From Williopsis jadinii (Eukaryota): 64,000 bases of DNA. The stretch lies in assembly GCA_024346625.1 (NCBI GenBank), contig AP024667.1, forward strand, positions 992,001-1,056,000, in the 5' to 3' direction. The notes beneath the pieces were generated by a model. The model ran no database searches. It saw nothing but the letters and a program-made list of their open reading frames with translations, and had not been told where the DNA came from. Below, piece after piece: positions 21,901 to 32,268 of this stretch. How positions within the stretch are numbered: the stretch's first letter is position 1; every line of letters starts with the position of its first letter. The translations under genes were made by a program, and so were the position numbers.

Positions 21901-22752
21901 TTCAGATGTCTCTTCAGATGTCTCTTCAGATGTCTCTTCAGATGTCTCTTCAGATGTCTCTTCAGAGGTTTCCTCAGAGGTTTCCTCAGATGTTTCGTCA
22001 GATGTCTCTTCAGAGGTTTCGTCAGATGTCTCTTCAGATGTCTCTTCAGATGTCTCTTCAGATGTCTCTTCAGATGTCTCTTCGGTAGACTCTTCAGATG
22101 TCTCTTCGGTAGACTCTTCAGATGATTCTTCGGATGATTCAGCAGCAGCTTCCTCTCTTGCGAACAAGGATCTCTTGTGGTTTTGGACTAAAAGAGATCT
22201 TTCTTGAACACCTTCAACGGAACAAGATTCATCAGATGGGGCAGCAATGTGAACTGGAACACAAACAGCACCGGCTGCCAAAGCCTTACGAGCAGCAGCG
22301 TTTGGTGCTTCACAGTCAGAAGAGAGAACATAGGAATCAGTCTCTGTGATCAATTGAAGTGCAAGATCATCAGAGAACTTGGCTGGGTTAATGGATTCAT
22401 AAGTGAAAAGGACACCATCCTCTAGTTGGGAGAATCCAGAGAAGGATCCAACTTCAGAAGAGTCGTAAAGAGATGTGCTCTTGATAGTACCCTTGAGCAA
22501 TTGAGTGTGGATGTAAAGGGTGTAGTCATTGTCATCTGTAGCAACCCAGTTGGTAAGAGAAACGGAATTGTCCTTGCCTAAGTTGAGGGTTTGACGAGAG
22601 ACTTCACAAACAGTGTAAGGGAAAGCCGCTTGATCATTGGCGACAACATCGGTCTTGACAAAAGGCTCCAAAAACTTTTGAGTAAAGACGGACTGCGAAA
22701 GAGCCACTTGACCAGCAAGTAGTGCTGATCCAGCAAGCTTCAATGAGTACAT
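18943..22752 (-). CDS. 1269-aa secreted GPI-anchored cell-wall/adhesin-like protein with Glu/Ser/Thr repeats
   Basis: N-terminal signal peptide, Cys-containing N-domain, EETS/EESS arrays, internal ~130-aa beta-rich domain, flocculin type-3-like TTLITITSCEDDKC...SYTTYCP, GSSGES repeats, C-terminal FEGAA plus hydrophobic tail. Confidence 0.93.
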   Translation of the reverse strand: MYSLKLAGSALLAGQVALSQSVFTQKFLEPFVKTDVVANDQAAFPYTVCEVSRQTLNLGKDNSVSLTNWVATDDNDYTLYIHTQLLKGTIKSTSLYDSSEVGSFSGFSQLEDGVLFTYESINPAKFSDDLALQLITETDSYVLSSDCEAPNAAARKALAAGAVCVPVHIAAPSDESCSVEGVQERSLLVQNHKRSLFAREEAAAESSEESSEESTEETSEESTEETSEETSEETSEETSEETSDETSEETSDETSEETSEETSEETSEETSEETSEETSEETSEETSEETSEETSEETSDETSEETSDETSEETSEETSEETSEETSEETSEETSEETSEETSEETSEESSEESSEESSEESSEESTEESSEESTEESSEESSEESSEESSEESSEESSEESSEESSEESTEESSEESTEESSEESTEESSEESTEESSEESTEESSEESTEESSEESSEESSEETSAESSEETSEETSEESSEETSEETSAESSEETSEETSEESSEETSEETSAESSEETSEETSEESSEETSEETSAESSEETSEETSEESSEETSEETSAESSEETSEETSEESSEETSEETSAESSEETSEETSEESSEETSEETSAESSEETSEETSAESSEETSEETSAESSSEPTTESTSESSSESSSESSSESSSESALPTEPVIDGEYNPEDETAIWNVEIPGNIGAWTSVEVTITKEAVTGEDYDFSSATVYLNGQVYSSAVVSVSADLITVTLSESIGEDDLITITYIGDTTGGYEWTSLAHVRIELPDERLAKRAVLEYDLSLTVVNEAAVPSSSEESSEESTEESTEESTEESTEESSEESSEESSEESSEESSEESSEESSEESSEESSEESSEESSEESSEESSEESSEESSEESSEESSEESSEESSEESSEESSEESSEESSEESSEESSEPSTETTSESPDITLTSSTETTTVTADSTTLITITSCEDDKCSETEAPTGVTVVTETISGVVTSYTTYCPESYVTTKTYTEKIVCVTVPCEVCEEGATTITKTIVCEDECYDVIVTETKTIVTATGGSVITTDVVETQGTGAEATVTTVTVVSTVGGSEATTVVVESYGVAVDEIVITKSETAEVVIGGTTTYSVSETVETTKVTNTVTLEAPSSTGTGESGSSTESGSSGESGESGSSGESGSSGESGSSGESGSSGESGSSGESGSSGESGSSGESGSSGSSGESGSSGSSGESGSSGESGSSGESGETTATVASAFEGAASKPVVSALSAILFAIALI
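19045..19315 (-). repeat. 18-bp coding tandem repeat (GSSGES)n
   Basis: Repeated ccagaagaaccggactcg units. Confidence 0.92.
19965..20335 (-). repeat. 12-bp coding tandem repeat (EESS/EEST)n
   Basis: Repeated tcttcagatgat units. Confidence 0.95.
20755..22140 (-). repeat. 12-bp coding array (EETS/EESS) with a 72-bp higher-order unit
   Basis: tcttcagatgtc runs; an identical 72-bp unit starts at 20981, 21053, 21125, 21197 and 21269. Confidence 0.95.
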
Positions 22753-25700
22753 AGCGATTGGAGATGTTTGTGGAATCTGACCTCGAGCAATTCAAGGGAA
22801 ACGGTACAATTTCCTCCCTTTTATAGAAAAATCACAAGCAAGTACATTGATCTCCTATTTGCAGTGATTACAACTCAATGCTTACTGAGATATGGTCAAG
22901 GCCTTTTGGTCCATTGGCTAATGTGGAATAACAGAAAGAGTCCACGGTACAAAACATACTAAGGTGTGTTTCTCGGAGCGTACTATGTATAGTTCGTTGT
23001 GTGCATTTGTCCATCTCCTGTAAGTATATAGTCCCTTGAATAAAGAAATGTTCGGTCATGCAACTTAATGTTATGTATCCATATGCAATCTGCCGTATGC
23101 TGCCTTTTAAAATGTTATTCGGTACGATGCTGATCTTAGAGTTAACATCCACCAACTTGCAAACTTCCAATGTTACAAGTTGCGCGGCGTTCGTCTATAG
23201 TTATTACGAAACCAAACGGTACATAGCTCGTAATAATCGATATCGTACAGGGTTCACACGTTCAAGCAGACTCTTACTCAAACTTATGTAAAGTACTCGT
23301 TAAGACCATCAACATACACCTAGTCCATTCAGTAAACGAAGGAAGTTGAGGAAGAGTGCAGGCACAGCGATGAAGAATGATGAGCAGGATGCTAGATAGT
23401 GCCTCAGATCCACCTAAGGACATATCACCTGTAGCCTTATGCATGCAGCTTTTGTTAATCAATGGTTTGTCTTAGAAAGTATCATTTCAATCACTCTTGG
23501 ATATTGAAGCTCAAGGTGGCGCCAGCCATATGGACTCCTTACAATTGCCAGCTTCCTGATTCGATCGCCCAGATCTACACATTTGATCCTGCAATCGACT
23601 CGATTTACGCTGTACAGTGTAACTTAAATATACATGGATCCAATCACGAGGTCATGTCAATTGATGTGTCAGCCACAGTTCACCACAATGTGATATAGCG
23701 AGCTTTAAAGACGTCAATTTCAATGACTGCCTCACTGGGAGTACGTTTTCAATTACTTTCAAGCTATGTGATTGACTTTTTATTCAGACTACTGTAATGA
23801 AATGGGGTATTTGTGAGCCGGTTTCTCCTTTTAATGAATCGATGTTCAGACCAAAGTCTATTAATAGCCAATAATCCTGGGTGGCTGAAGTTTGGAACCA
23901 ATTGTTAGAATAAGATGCCAAATCGTCATAAAGAGATTCAGAGTTCATGCAAGCTGTTAAAATATTTTGAGACACTACACGCCTTCACCGGAAAATTGAT
24001 CGATTGGATTTCCCAAAACAGACACTTCAAGGAGCCTGTTTTACCAGTTGGGCCTACGATTTGGTCCAACATTCTGCTTTTGAAGGAATACTACAACGCT
24101 TTGGTTCTGTTAACATGGTCTTATCCAACACGCGACCCCCCTTTGCAGACCAGTTATCCCAGGAGACCTAAGTTCTATAGTATGATTGCGTCCTCAGCAC
24201 AAAATGGTAAATACTAGGCAATAGTGGGAGTTTGAAATAACCATGACTTCTGTGAATAAAAATGGTGAAATCTGTCTGGATTTAGGTTATACTTTTGCAA
24301 GTGCTACATATCACCGATGATTCATCGACTCAGAGTCTGTCGATTTTAATAATGCCTCCACACCTCTCTGCATATAGTTGGATTGATTATATGTAGGTTA
24401 AGGCCCAATTATGTAAGATGAATCTCACCAATCCACAACTACCTGACAGGGAGGGTCGACAAATCAGTCATGTTTGATACGGCTTTACAAAAGGGTAGAG
24501 GCCCACCTTATTTCATGATGACGTGAGGCCACTAATAGGCAGCATTGCCCTGAGGAGTCAAGCTCTGCTACCCAGCTACGCTGCACAAGCTTACATATAT
24601 TGTTTATCTATCATCACACCATTCAGGTAGGCTCTTATGCCATGTGACCCACTAGCCACGCGAATCTGGGGTGTGTTTAGTTGGCTCATCAATTTTTATA
24701 TTCTTTCATCACTTCCAATCTCTGGCTCGATAGGCTGAGCCAAACTGAAACTCGCATAGACCAACCAAAACAATAATAAACGCGTTGTTTACAAGAACAG
24801 ACTTTATTATGGTCGGCAGCTTGGAAGTTATAGATCGTAGGTCTCAAGATGCACTTCTGTAATTCCTTCACAACTTGCAGCTTGACAAGCTTGTTAGCCT
24901 TTTCGTTATGCATGCAAGTACGATGACGAACATGACCACAACTAGGGCCTGTGGGTGTGGATGAACAAAAGTGGAACCGGTCAGACCAAAACATAAAGCC
25001 GACAATATAATCTTGAACGACAAATCCTATCAGTAGGCAGTGCTACAGGGCGATTTGATGTAGTCTGAAACGTTGGCTTATTGTATCGATAAGAGGAAAA
25101 AGGGGCACAGCAGTGCTCTGTGCACTATTTAGGCGCATTACTTCGCTGCGTTACCTGCCAACAGTAATGCATAGTTATTCGACTGGACTCGTACCAGCTG
25201 GTCTTCCAACGTCTGGTGACATGGATATTCGAAATTGGTTGTTCTAAGGCCCAATTGGGCTATTTAGCAGAGTTCCAGTGCCGTTTAGAAGGCAACTGTT
25301 TCACAAGCTTGGCCAACTTACGCGTCGATTTTGATACAGGCAGGTTGGTCTGAACTGGGCATAGCACGTATATATGGTTCAGAGGTTATTCTTCCCGCAT
25401 GCGTACTGTACCAAAATAGATGGGTCCTACTCAAAGGGTTAAGCAATGTTGGCCGATATTCCTTTCTGATGGACAACGCCAAGCGGAAAGAGAGTCCTAA
25501 GGCTTACATTATTTTTAATCTCTCCGAGCTGGAAGTCATACCACTTTGAGCTTTGGAACTGTAGCACACCAAAGGCTATAACTGGTCCGCAGAGACCTTG
25601 CCTGAGTAATATTAGTACCGATTATTTACATGGTCCTTCGTAGAACCTTCCATGCAGTTGGAACTGAGAGCCTGACAGTATATGTTATCTTCATATATGA

Positions 25701-26758
25701 ACCACACATACTTCACTGCAAAAGAAACCAGCCAACTGTGTGTAGTTGGTTAAAAGATCGAAGACTCCTGATACATACATGTGTGCACATGTCGCGCAGC
25801 AAACTACGACACACTTAAACCTATTTAATGATAAAGACAAAATCCATGAGCCGGCATGTAGCTGCAGTGGTGTGCCATGCGATTCAAACAATCCAGGACA
25901 CCATTAGTGATCAGCTGTGGTTTCCCACGTGCATTAATTTATTTGCGGTTGGTTACGAGCTCTTTTGAGCGAGCACAGGGCCATACAATGTATACTGTCA
26001 CAGCACGGAGTAAGCAGAACAACCATGCCCCCCAAATCATGTATTTCGCTACATATTGCCGAACAGTTGTGTCTCAGACTCTTCGACATAACCAGGGATC
26101 AAGACTCAGAGAAGGTCGGAGCCAAGCATAACTTAGGCCTCATTACATGCTCATGCTAGAGCGGAATCAAACTCAGAGTGTGTCCCTACTCCAAGTTATA
26201 GCCTTTCTACGGCCACCGTGTACTGCCCTACTGCTACTGCCCTACTACTACAGGAGAATCGAAGGAGAGACCACTACCGGCTGTTGGCTGGAGACATGAC
26301 GTGTGGCAACTTGGCATGTGGCTTCAACTGTAAAGGCACTCGTGAATGTTCGTATTACCCTAATACAGCACTTGAACATGTTGATGTTGAGAGACGTTTC
26401 CAACTAGTCCTACGGCCCGAACAAGGCTCCATAGACCCCAGATTTATACAGTTCAGCGAGAGTGGCATACATCGTACACCATGCAAATAGCTGACTTCCT
26501 TATCAATCTTCAGCATCGCTCTCGCTTCAGGGAGAGAAAGTAACAGCATCAGGCATCCGAGGGTTACGTTCTCCACCGGCGGCCCACCAGAGCTTCCGAC
26601 GTTTCGGAATAAATTACTGTTTAAGGAAAGCTCAACGGAAATAGATAAGACGAAGTCTCATTGGTCGAGAAATTGTGTATTTAAAGAGAAGTTTCAACTA
26701 GCTGGTCTGTACCCATTGCCGATTCACAGAGAGGCTGAGAAGGTCAGAAGCCACCACA

Positions 26759-27778
26759 ATGACAGCTCACAGCAACCCACTGAAAGTGGTGGATGTTTCG
26801 CAACTTACACAGGAGACCGCAGACAAGATCCTCGATGGTTTCACCACGCAAGGGTTCTTGTTCGTCGATGGCCATGATTTCACACAGCAAGAGGTCGATC
26901 ATTATTTCGAACTAAGCGAGGAGTTCTTCCAACTTCCAAAGGAAGAGAAGCTGAAGTTTGCCATCAACCACGAGGACTGTGGTTACACCACGTTCAACCA
27001 GGAGAATCTTGATCCGGAAACTCAAGAGAAAGGTGACCCCAAAGAGGCCTTCAATTTTGGACATTTCAACTTTGTCACTGGTGATTGCGATAAGACCATG
27101 CTTCCTGACATGTTTGCAGATGGCACTGAGAACTATGCTTTCATTCAGAAGATGACCAAGAAGATGTTCAGCCTGGGCACTCAAATCTTGAAGCTTTTGG
27201 CAATGGGACTGAAGATCGACGAGGAAGCTGGTGGCTCTAACTGGTTCAGTGACAGACACAGGGCAACAGGCACCTCAATGACATCCATGAGAATGTTGCA
27301 CTACCCAGCAACTTCGAAGATGGATGCCGAGATGCGAGTGAGAGCAGGTGCTCACACTGATTACGGGTCAATTACACTGCTGTTCCAAAAACAAGGACAA
27401 GAGGGCCTTGAGATATTCGACACCAGTGACAAATGGACACCAGTGCCATTCGTGAAGTCTACAAATGAAAAGTATCTCGAAGAAGGGAGAGCTGCTCCTA
27501 TAGTGATTAACATTGCTGACCAACTCTCTGCATGGACAAACAACGTCTTGAAGAGCACCTTGCACAGGGTCACTTTGCCAACTGAAGGCCAAGATAGATA
27601 CTCGATTGTCTTCTTCTTTGATGCAGAGGACTCTGTGAGAATGGTTCCAATTCCATCTCCTATTGTTGCAGCAGCAGCAACCGAGGAGATCGACTTGAAC
27701 AAAGATGAGTCAGAGTACATGACTGCTCGGGAATACTCAGAAAAGAGGTTCAGAGAAACCTATGTCAGTGGCCATTAG
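26759..27778 (+). CDS. 2-oxoglutarate/Fe(II)-dependent dioxygenase (IPNS/DIOX_N family)
   Basis: MRMLHYP...RAGAHTDYGSITLLFQ (HxD), STLHRV (distal His), DRYSIVFF (RxS); N-terminal DIOX_N-like GFLFVDGH. Confidence 0.93.
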   Translation: MTAHSNPLKVVDVSQLTQETADKILDGFTTQGFLFVDGHDFTQQEVDHYFELSEEFFQLPKEEKLKFAINHEDCGYTTFNQENLDPETQEKGDPKEAFNFGHFNFVTGDCDKTMLPDMFADGTENYAFIQKMTKKMFSLGTQILKLLAMGLKIDEEAGGSNWFSDRHRATGTSMTSMRMLHYPATSKMDAEMRVRAGAHTDYGSITLLFQKQGQEGLEIFDTSDKWTPVPFVKSTNEKYLEEGRAAPIVINIADQLSAWTNNVLKSTLHRVTLPTEGQDRYSIVFFFDAEDSVRMVPIPSPIVAAAATEEIDLNKDESEYMTAREYSEKRFRETYVSGH

Positions 27779-27810
27779 TTGTATAATGGCACTAGCTAAA
27801 GCCTCGATTA

Positions 27811-29208
27811 TCATATCCTTTTCCATCTCCATCCCACTAGACTTGTTCTTGTAGCTAGCCACATTACAGAGGCAACCACTTCAACAACACCGCAGAAAAC
27901 AATCATGTTGTTGTAACCACTGCCATCGCCTATGATTGCACCAGCGATAGGCAAAGAAATCAAGTTACCAAAGGCAACGAGGAAGTACACTGTGCCGTAC
28001 TTCTTCCCAAAATCTTCTGGTCTCCCAATCAATCCACAACAAACCGGTGTAAGAGACAAGGTGGAGCTGGAGAAGAAACCGTATAGTCCAGCGAATGCAT
28101 ACATGGCGTTGAGATGGTGTCCAAACGGGAGCCATATCACAAGAACGAGAGCAGAGCATGTCATCACGCTCAAGAACATGACGTTCAAGGAGCCATATTT
28201 GTCGGACATGTAATTAGGGAGCCATCTCCCTATGACACCAACTGCGTTACAAACGATGGAAACCAAGAAAGCGTCATCCTCTGAATGACCTTTGTAGATG
28301 GTGTAGGAAGACATGTATGTAGTTGCCAACACCAGACTGAACTCACAGAGTAAGATAGATATGGTCAAATACAAATAACTTCTATCTTTAAGCAGATCTT
28401 GCAGCACAAACGATTCTTTGAGGACGGTGTACCCAGAGCTATCTCCTTTCTTCTTGGTGATTCTGTTCTTTACGAGAATACATCCAATTCCTAAGCAGAA
28501 ACAACTGATGAATGCATAGGTTCTCATAGACCACTGATAACCTATTTTCGGGAACAGTTGTCTGAAAAGCAATGGCCATAGCACACCACCCAGAGCACCA
28601 CCAATAGAGCAGATTCCTAGAGCCATACCTCTCTTTTTCAGGAAGTAGTGCGAGACTGATGAAATACAACAGTTCATGAGGAAACTTGTTCCAACACCAA
28701 CAACCACTCCGTACGCAAGAACAAACTGCCACACAGTGTGACAGTTTGCCGTCGCAAACAACCCGACAATGATACAGATGGAGCCCACATACATTGGGAT
28801 CTTCGATCCAGTGTAGTCAAAGATAGGGCCTGCGTATATTCCTCCAAAAAAGGAGAAGAAGAAGTACACCGAGAACACCCAACCAACAGCAGACGTGGAT
28901 GAGTCCTGTAGAATGTGTTCAGAGACATACGCCTGGATAACACCCACGGTGTTCATATTACCGAAAGTGATAAGAATCGCAAAGAAGGAGCCCAGGACAA
29001 CCAGGTTAGCCCTTTTCCCGCCCTCTGGAAAGTTATCATAGTCAGGGTCAACGTCACTTGGATCGTTCGCTGACGTCTCATGCGTTCTGTTTTCCAGTGA
29101 GGTTTCAGTAGCTGCCTCCTTGTTGAAAGCAGAAGAAGTCCCGGCTCGGACATGTGTGTTCTTACGTACTGTGCTCAAAGAGTCCAACTGTATCTCGTCC
29201 ATTGTCAT
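27811..29208 (-). CDS. MFS monocarboxylate-porter family transporter (Mch4/Mch5-like), copy 1
   Basis: FPEGGKRANLVVLGSF start of TM1, GPIFDYTG, HYFLKKRGMALG, about 12 hydrophobic segments. First ATG at 29208. Confidence 0.92.
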   Translation of the reverse strand: MTMDEIQLDSLSTVRKNTHVRAGTSSAFNKEAATETSLENRTHETSANDPSDVDPDYDNFPEGGKRANLVVLGSFFAILITFGNMNTVGVIQAYVSEHILQDSSTSAVGWVFSVYFFFSFFGGIYAGPIFDYTGSKIPMYVGSICIIVGLFATANCHTVWQFVLAYGVVVGVGTSFLMNCCISSVSHYFLKKRGMALGICSIGGALGGVLWPLLFRQLFPKIGYQWSMRTYAFISCFCLGIGCILVKNRITKKKGDSSGYTVLKESFVLQDLLKDRSYLYLTISILLCEFSLVLATTYMSSYTIYKGHSEDDAFLVSIVCNAVGVIGRWLPNYMSDKYGSLNVMFLSVMTCSALVLVIWLPFGHHLNAMYAFAGLYGFFSSSTLSLTPVCCGLIGRPEDFGKKYGTVYFLVAFGNLISLPIAGAIIGDGSGYNNMIVFCGVVEVVASVMWLATRTSLVGWRWKRI

Positions 29209-29401
29209 TGTATAGCGGGCAAAGACACTATGAGAGACAGTTTTACCAGCAAGCAATGTTATGGAATTGGTCACAGGCTTTGAGACATCAACGAACTCAT
29301 CGGTTGGGACCACACAGGGCTGTATCGGAGATTGGCGGGGATAACCGGAAATACCGGATTGTGGTGACAAGCAAAACGGGTTATCCTATTATTAGCATCA
29401 C

Positions 29402-29439
29402 CACGGTGTGTAAGAGCACGGTGTGTAAGAGCACTGTGT
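29402..29439. repeat. 15-bp tandem duplication in the MFS copy 1 promoter
   Basis: cacggtgtgtaagag x2 followed by cactgtgt. Confidence 0.85.
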
Positions 29440-30118
29440 CGATTGTACAGCTGTTGGATACCATCACCGTTCACTGTGAACTTTGTTAAGAGTTGGGATT
29501 GTGTTGCCCTGAGCCACGTGACTGTGATTGGTTATGGTGGCTCACTAGAGAGTGCGTTGCAGAGCTTGAAGAGGATACTGGACGCATTGGATTACACACG
29601 GTCTTTTAAATGAGATTGGCTGTCAGATGTGGCAGTTCGCATGGATGCTAGGCGAAGAAAGCCAGCGAAAAAGGCCATGCCCCTTGTTTTGCTACTGCAA
29701 TACTCATTGATTGGTTAGATGCCAACCCTGATGGTTCAGGTATGAGAGCAGCATCACGCTGCTATTGAACCACCAACAAGATCAGGCACAGGCCTTTTGA
29801 AATTCGATGAGAGCTCAATCATCGAATAGCCAGGTACGAAATGCCTAAAGTGTGGCCCATAGTTTTGGCAAGTGTGAAGAAGATAGTAGAAGCACTCTTT
29901 CAAACGATCTCTTTAATAGAGCAGACGTTGATGGCGATAGTGGTCACTACGAACCTGGTGAAACTCCAGACCTTGGAGAGATCAACCAAGCCTCAGGTGC
30001 CTAACCAATTGTAGTGACTCATACTCTTCATGAATGCCAAAACAGGCAAGTTCTCTACGTTGATAATGATCTGTGTATAAGTATTGATTTTTCCGGTCGT
30101 AAATTCATAATAGTGCAA

Positions 30119-31612
30119 CTAAACTCTTCTGATTTTCCAACCAACGATGGTATAGATAGAAACTACCCAGAGGATAGCAGCAACACCTTCAATGATTCCA
30201 CAAAAGAGAATCATGTTGGAATATCCAGATCCATTACCAATGATTGCACCACCAATTGGTAGAGAAATTAGGTTACCGAAGGCAACCAGGAAGTAGACAG
30301 TTCCATATCTTTTCCCAAAATCTTCCGTCTTACCCACAACACCACAGCATACCGGTGTCAATGACATGGTTGAGCTCGAGAAGAAACCAAAAAGGCCCGC
30401 AAAGGCATACATGGTACTTAGGTTACTTCCAAATGGCAACCAGACGACCAGAATCAAAAGCGAACAAATGGCAACACATACGCTCATCACATTCAAGCAA
30501 CCATATCTATCAGCGAGGTAATTTGGGATAAACCTTCCAGGAATACCTGTTGCGTTCAAGATTATAGAAACAATGAATGCCTCCGACTCAGAGTAGCCCT
30601 TATCCATGGTGAAAGAGGAAGTGTACGTTAAGACCAGCACAAGAGAAAATTCACATAGAAGAATGGATCCAGCTATGCACAGATACGTCTTATCCTTAAC
30701 TAGATCTTGCAGGACAAATGAATCTTTGACCAGTGCTGCATTACTCTTACCATCTTTCTTTTTGAGGATTCTATGCTTGACGAGGAGACATCCAATCCCC
30801 ACAAACACTGCTGATATCAAAGCAAAGATACGCATAGACCATTGGAATTTCAGTTTCGGGAAGAGACCCTTGAATAGCAATGGCCAAATAACACCACCTA
30901 GAGAACCACCGATGGAACAGATACCCAGCGCAGCAGCACGCCTTTTCATAAAATAGTGCGAAATACAGGCAATACAACAGTTCATCAAGAAGCTTGAGCC
31001 GACACCTACGAGAACACCAAAGGCAAGTACAAACTGCCACACAGTTGTACAGCTTGCTGTTGCAAGCAGCCCACTGACCAAGAGCACCGATCCCAGGTAC
31101 ATTGGTATTTTCGAGCCCGTGTAGTCAAAAATTGGGCCAGCGTAAATCCCCCCAAAGAAAGAGAAGAAGAAGTATACGCTAAAGATCCAGCCGACAGACG
31201 ATGCGGATTCTGTTGGCAGGATATTCTCTGAAACGTGAGCCTGGACAACCCCGATTGAGGTCATCAGCCCAAAGACAATGGTGATGGAGAAGCAGCCACC
31301 AAGAACAACCAGGTTCGCCTGAAGTCCACCTTCTGGGAAGGTCTCTTCTGGAAGTTCCCGAGTAGATTCAACGTCTTCTGTGCAACCGTTACCGGCCGTG
31401 CTTGGAGGGTCTGCTGCTGTTTGGAACGAGAACAGACGTTCCTCCGTTGGCGTGAGGTCTGGATCACCAGGGACCATGAACGAGAACATTCTCTCGTCTG
31501 TAGGCGTCAGCGTGCCCACTGAAGCACAAGATTCATCAACTCCATCGCCATACTTCTTACTGTAACTGTATGCTGGCTCTGCGTCGACGTCGGAGCTTTC
31601 GCTTTTTCCCAT
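30119..31612 (-). CDS. MFS monocarboxylate-porter family transporter (Mch4/Mch5-like), copy 2
   Basis: Tandem paralogue sharing FSVYFFFSFFGGIYAGPIFDYTGSKIPMY and YGTVYFLVAFGNLISLPI with copy 1. First ATG at 31612. Confidence 0.92.
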   Translation of the reverse strand: MGKSESSDVDAEPAYSYSKKYGDGVDESCASVGTLTPTDERMFSFMVPGDPDLTPTEERLFSFQTAADPPSTAGNGCTEDVESTRELPEETFPEGGLQANLVVLGGCFSITIVFGLMTSIGVVQAHVSENILPTESASSVGWIFSVYFFFSFFGGIYAGPIFDYTGSKIPMYLGSVLLVSGLLATASCTTVWQFVLAFGVLVGVGSSFLMNCCIACISHYFMKRRAAALGICSIGGSLGGVIWPLLFKGLFPKLKFQWSMRIFALISAVFVGIGCLLVKHRILKKKDGKSNAALVKDSFVLQDLVKDKTYLCIAGSILLCEFSLVLVLTYTSSFTMDKGYSESEAFIVSIILNATGIPGRFIPNYLADRYGCLNVMSVCVAICSLLILVVWLPFGSNLSTMYAFAGLFGFFSSSTMSLTPVCCGVVGKTEDFGKRYGTVYFLVAFGNLISLPIGGAIIGNGSGYSNMILFCGIIEGVAAILWVVSIYTIVGWKIRRV

Positions 31613-32268
31613 ATGTTTGGCTGTAGATCTTCCTGTTAAGCTATACCAGATTGAATGGCAGGCAAGCAAAGAAACCAGCAAACTGGCAGCACTCAGAGCC
31701 TCTTAAATACCCACCAATCTCCCTCAATTCCCATTGCTTCAAAGAGCGTGAAAAGTTTTTTCCAGCTAATCCAAACACCTATGCGGTCGGCCATACCTTC
31801 CTTGCATAAGCCTGCAAGCTAAAAAAAACCTTATCGAACGGCCTGGCCATCGGGTTTCTTTTCCCTTTCCACCTTTTGCGAAGTCTCAGCTGACAGGCGG
31901 GCTGTCCAGGCTGGAGCCTCCAGCGGGCGTACGAGGGAGGGATAACGGCCCGTCCTGCTTAGCTCAACCCAGCTTAGCCCCCTCCACCGGTGGGAGGAAC
32001 ACACGCCACGTCAGTAGGTGAGGAGCGCGCACACAGTGGGAGGAAAAGAAAAACGTCTCCCCCCCCATGAGGAAAGACTCAGCGTACTCGTCGGTGGGCG
32101 GAGGGACGCTGGACGGGATTTCGCAGCTGGGACTTTGCAGGGGAGGGCTGCAACTGGCGAGCGTAATTAGTGAGGTTCGCTTCAAGCTACGCTGGGGAGG
32201 ACAGAGGTTGGTGTTGTAGCTCCACGCATGTGGGAGGCAAGGGATTGTTTGATGAGTCACCGAGGACA

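Noticed and set aside
19796..22207. Long + strand ORFs (227, 420 and 528 aa) of SSDD/QMIL repeats
   Set aside because: Antisense and alternative-frame shadows of the stop-free 12-bp coding repeats.
31903..31928. CCAGG...AGCGG resembling SRP RNA helix 8
   Set aside because: Wrong spacing, no GNRA loop, no Alu-domain TGTAAT and no Pol III terminator.
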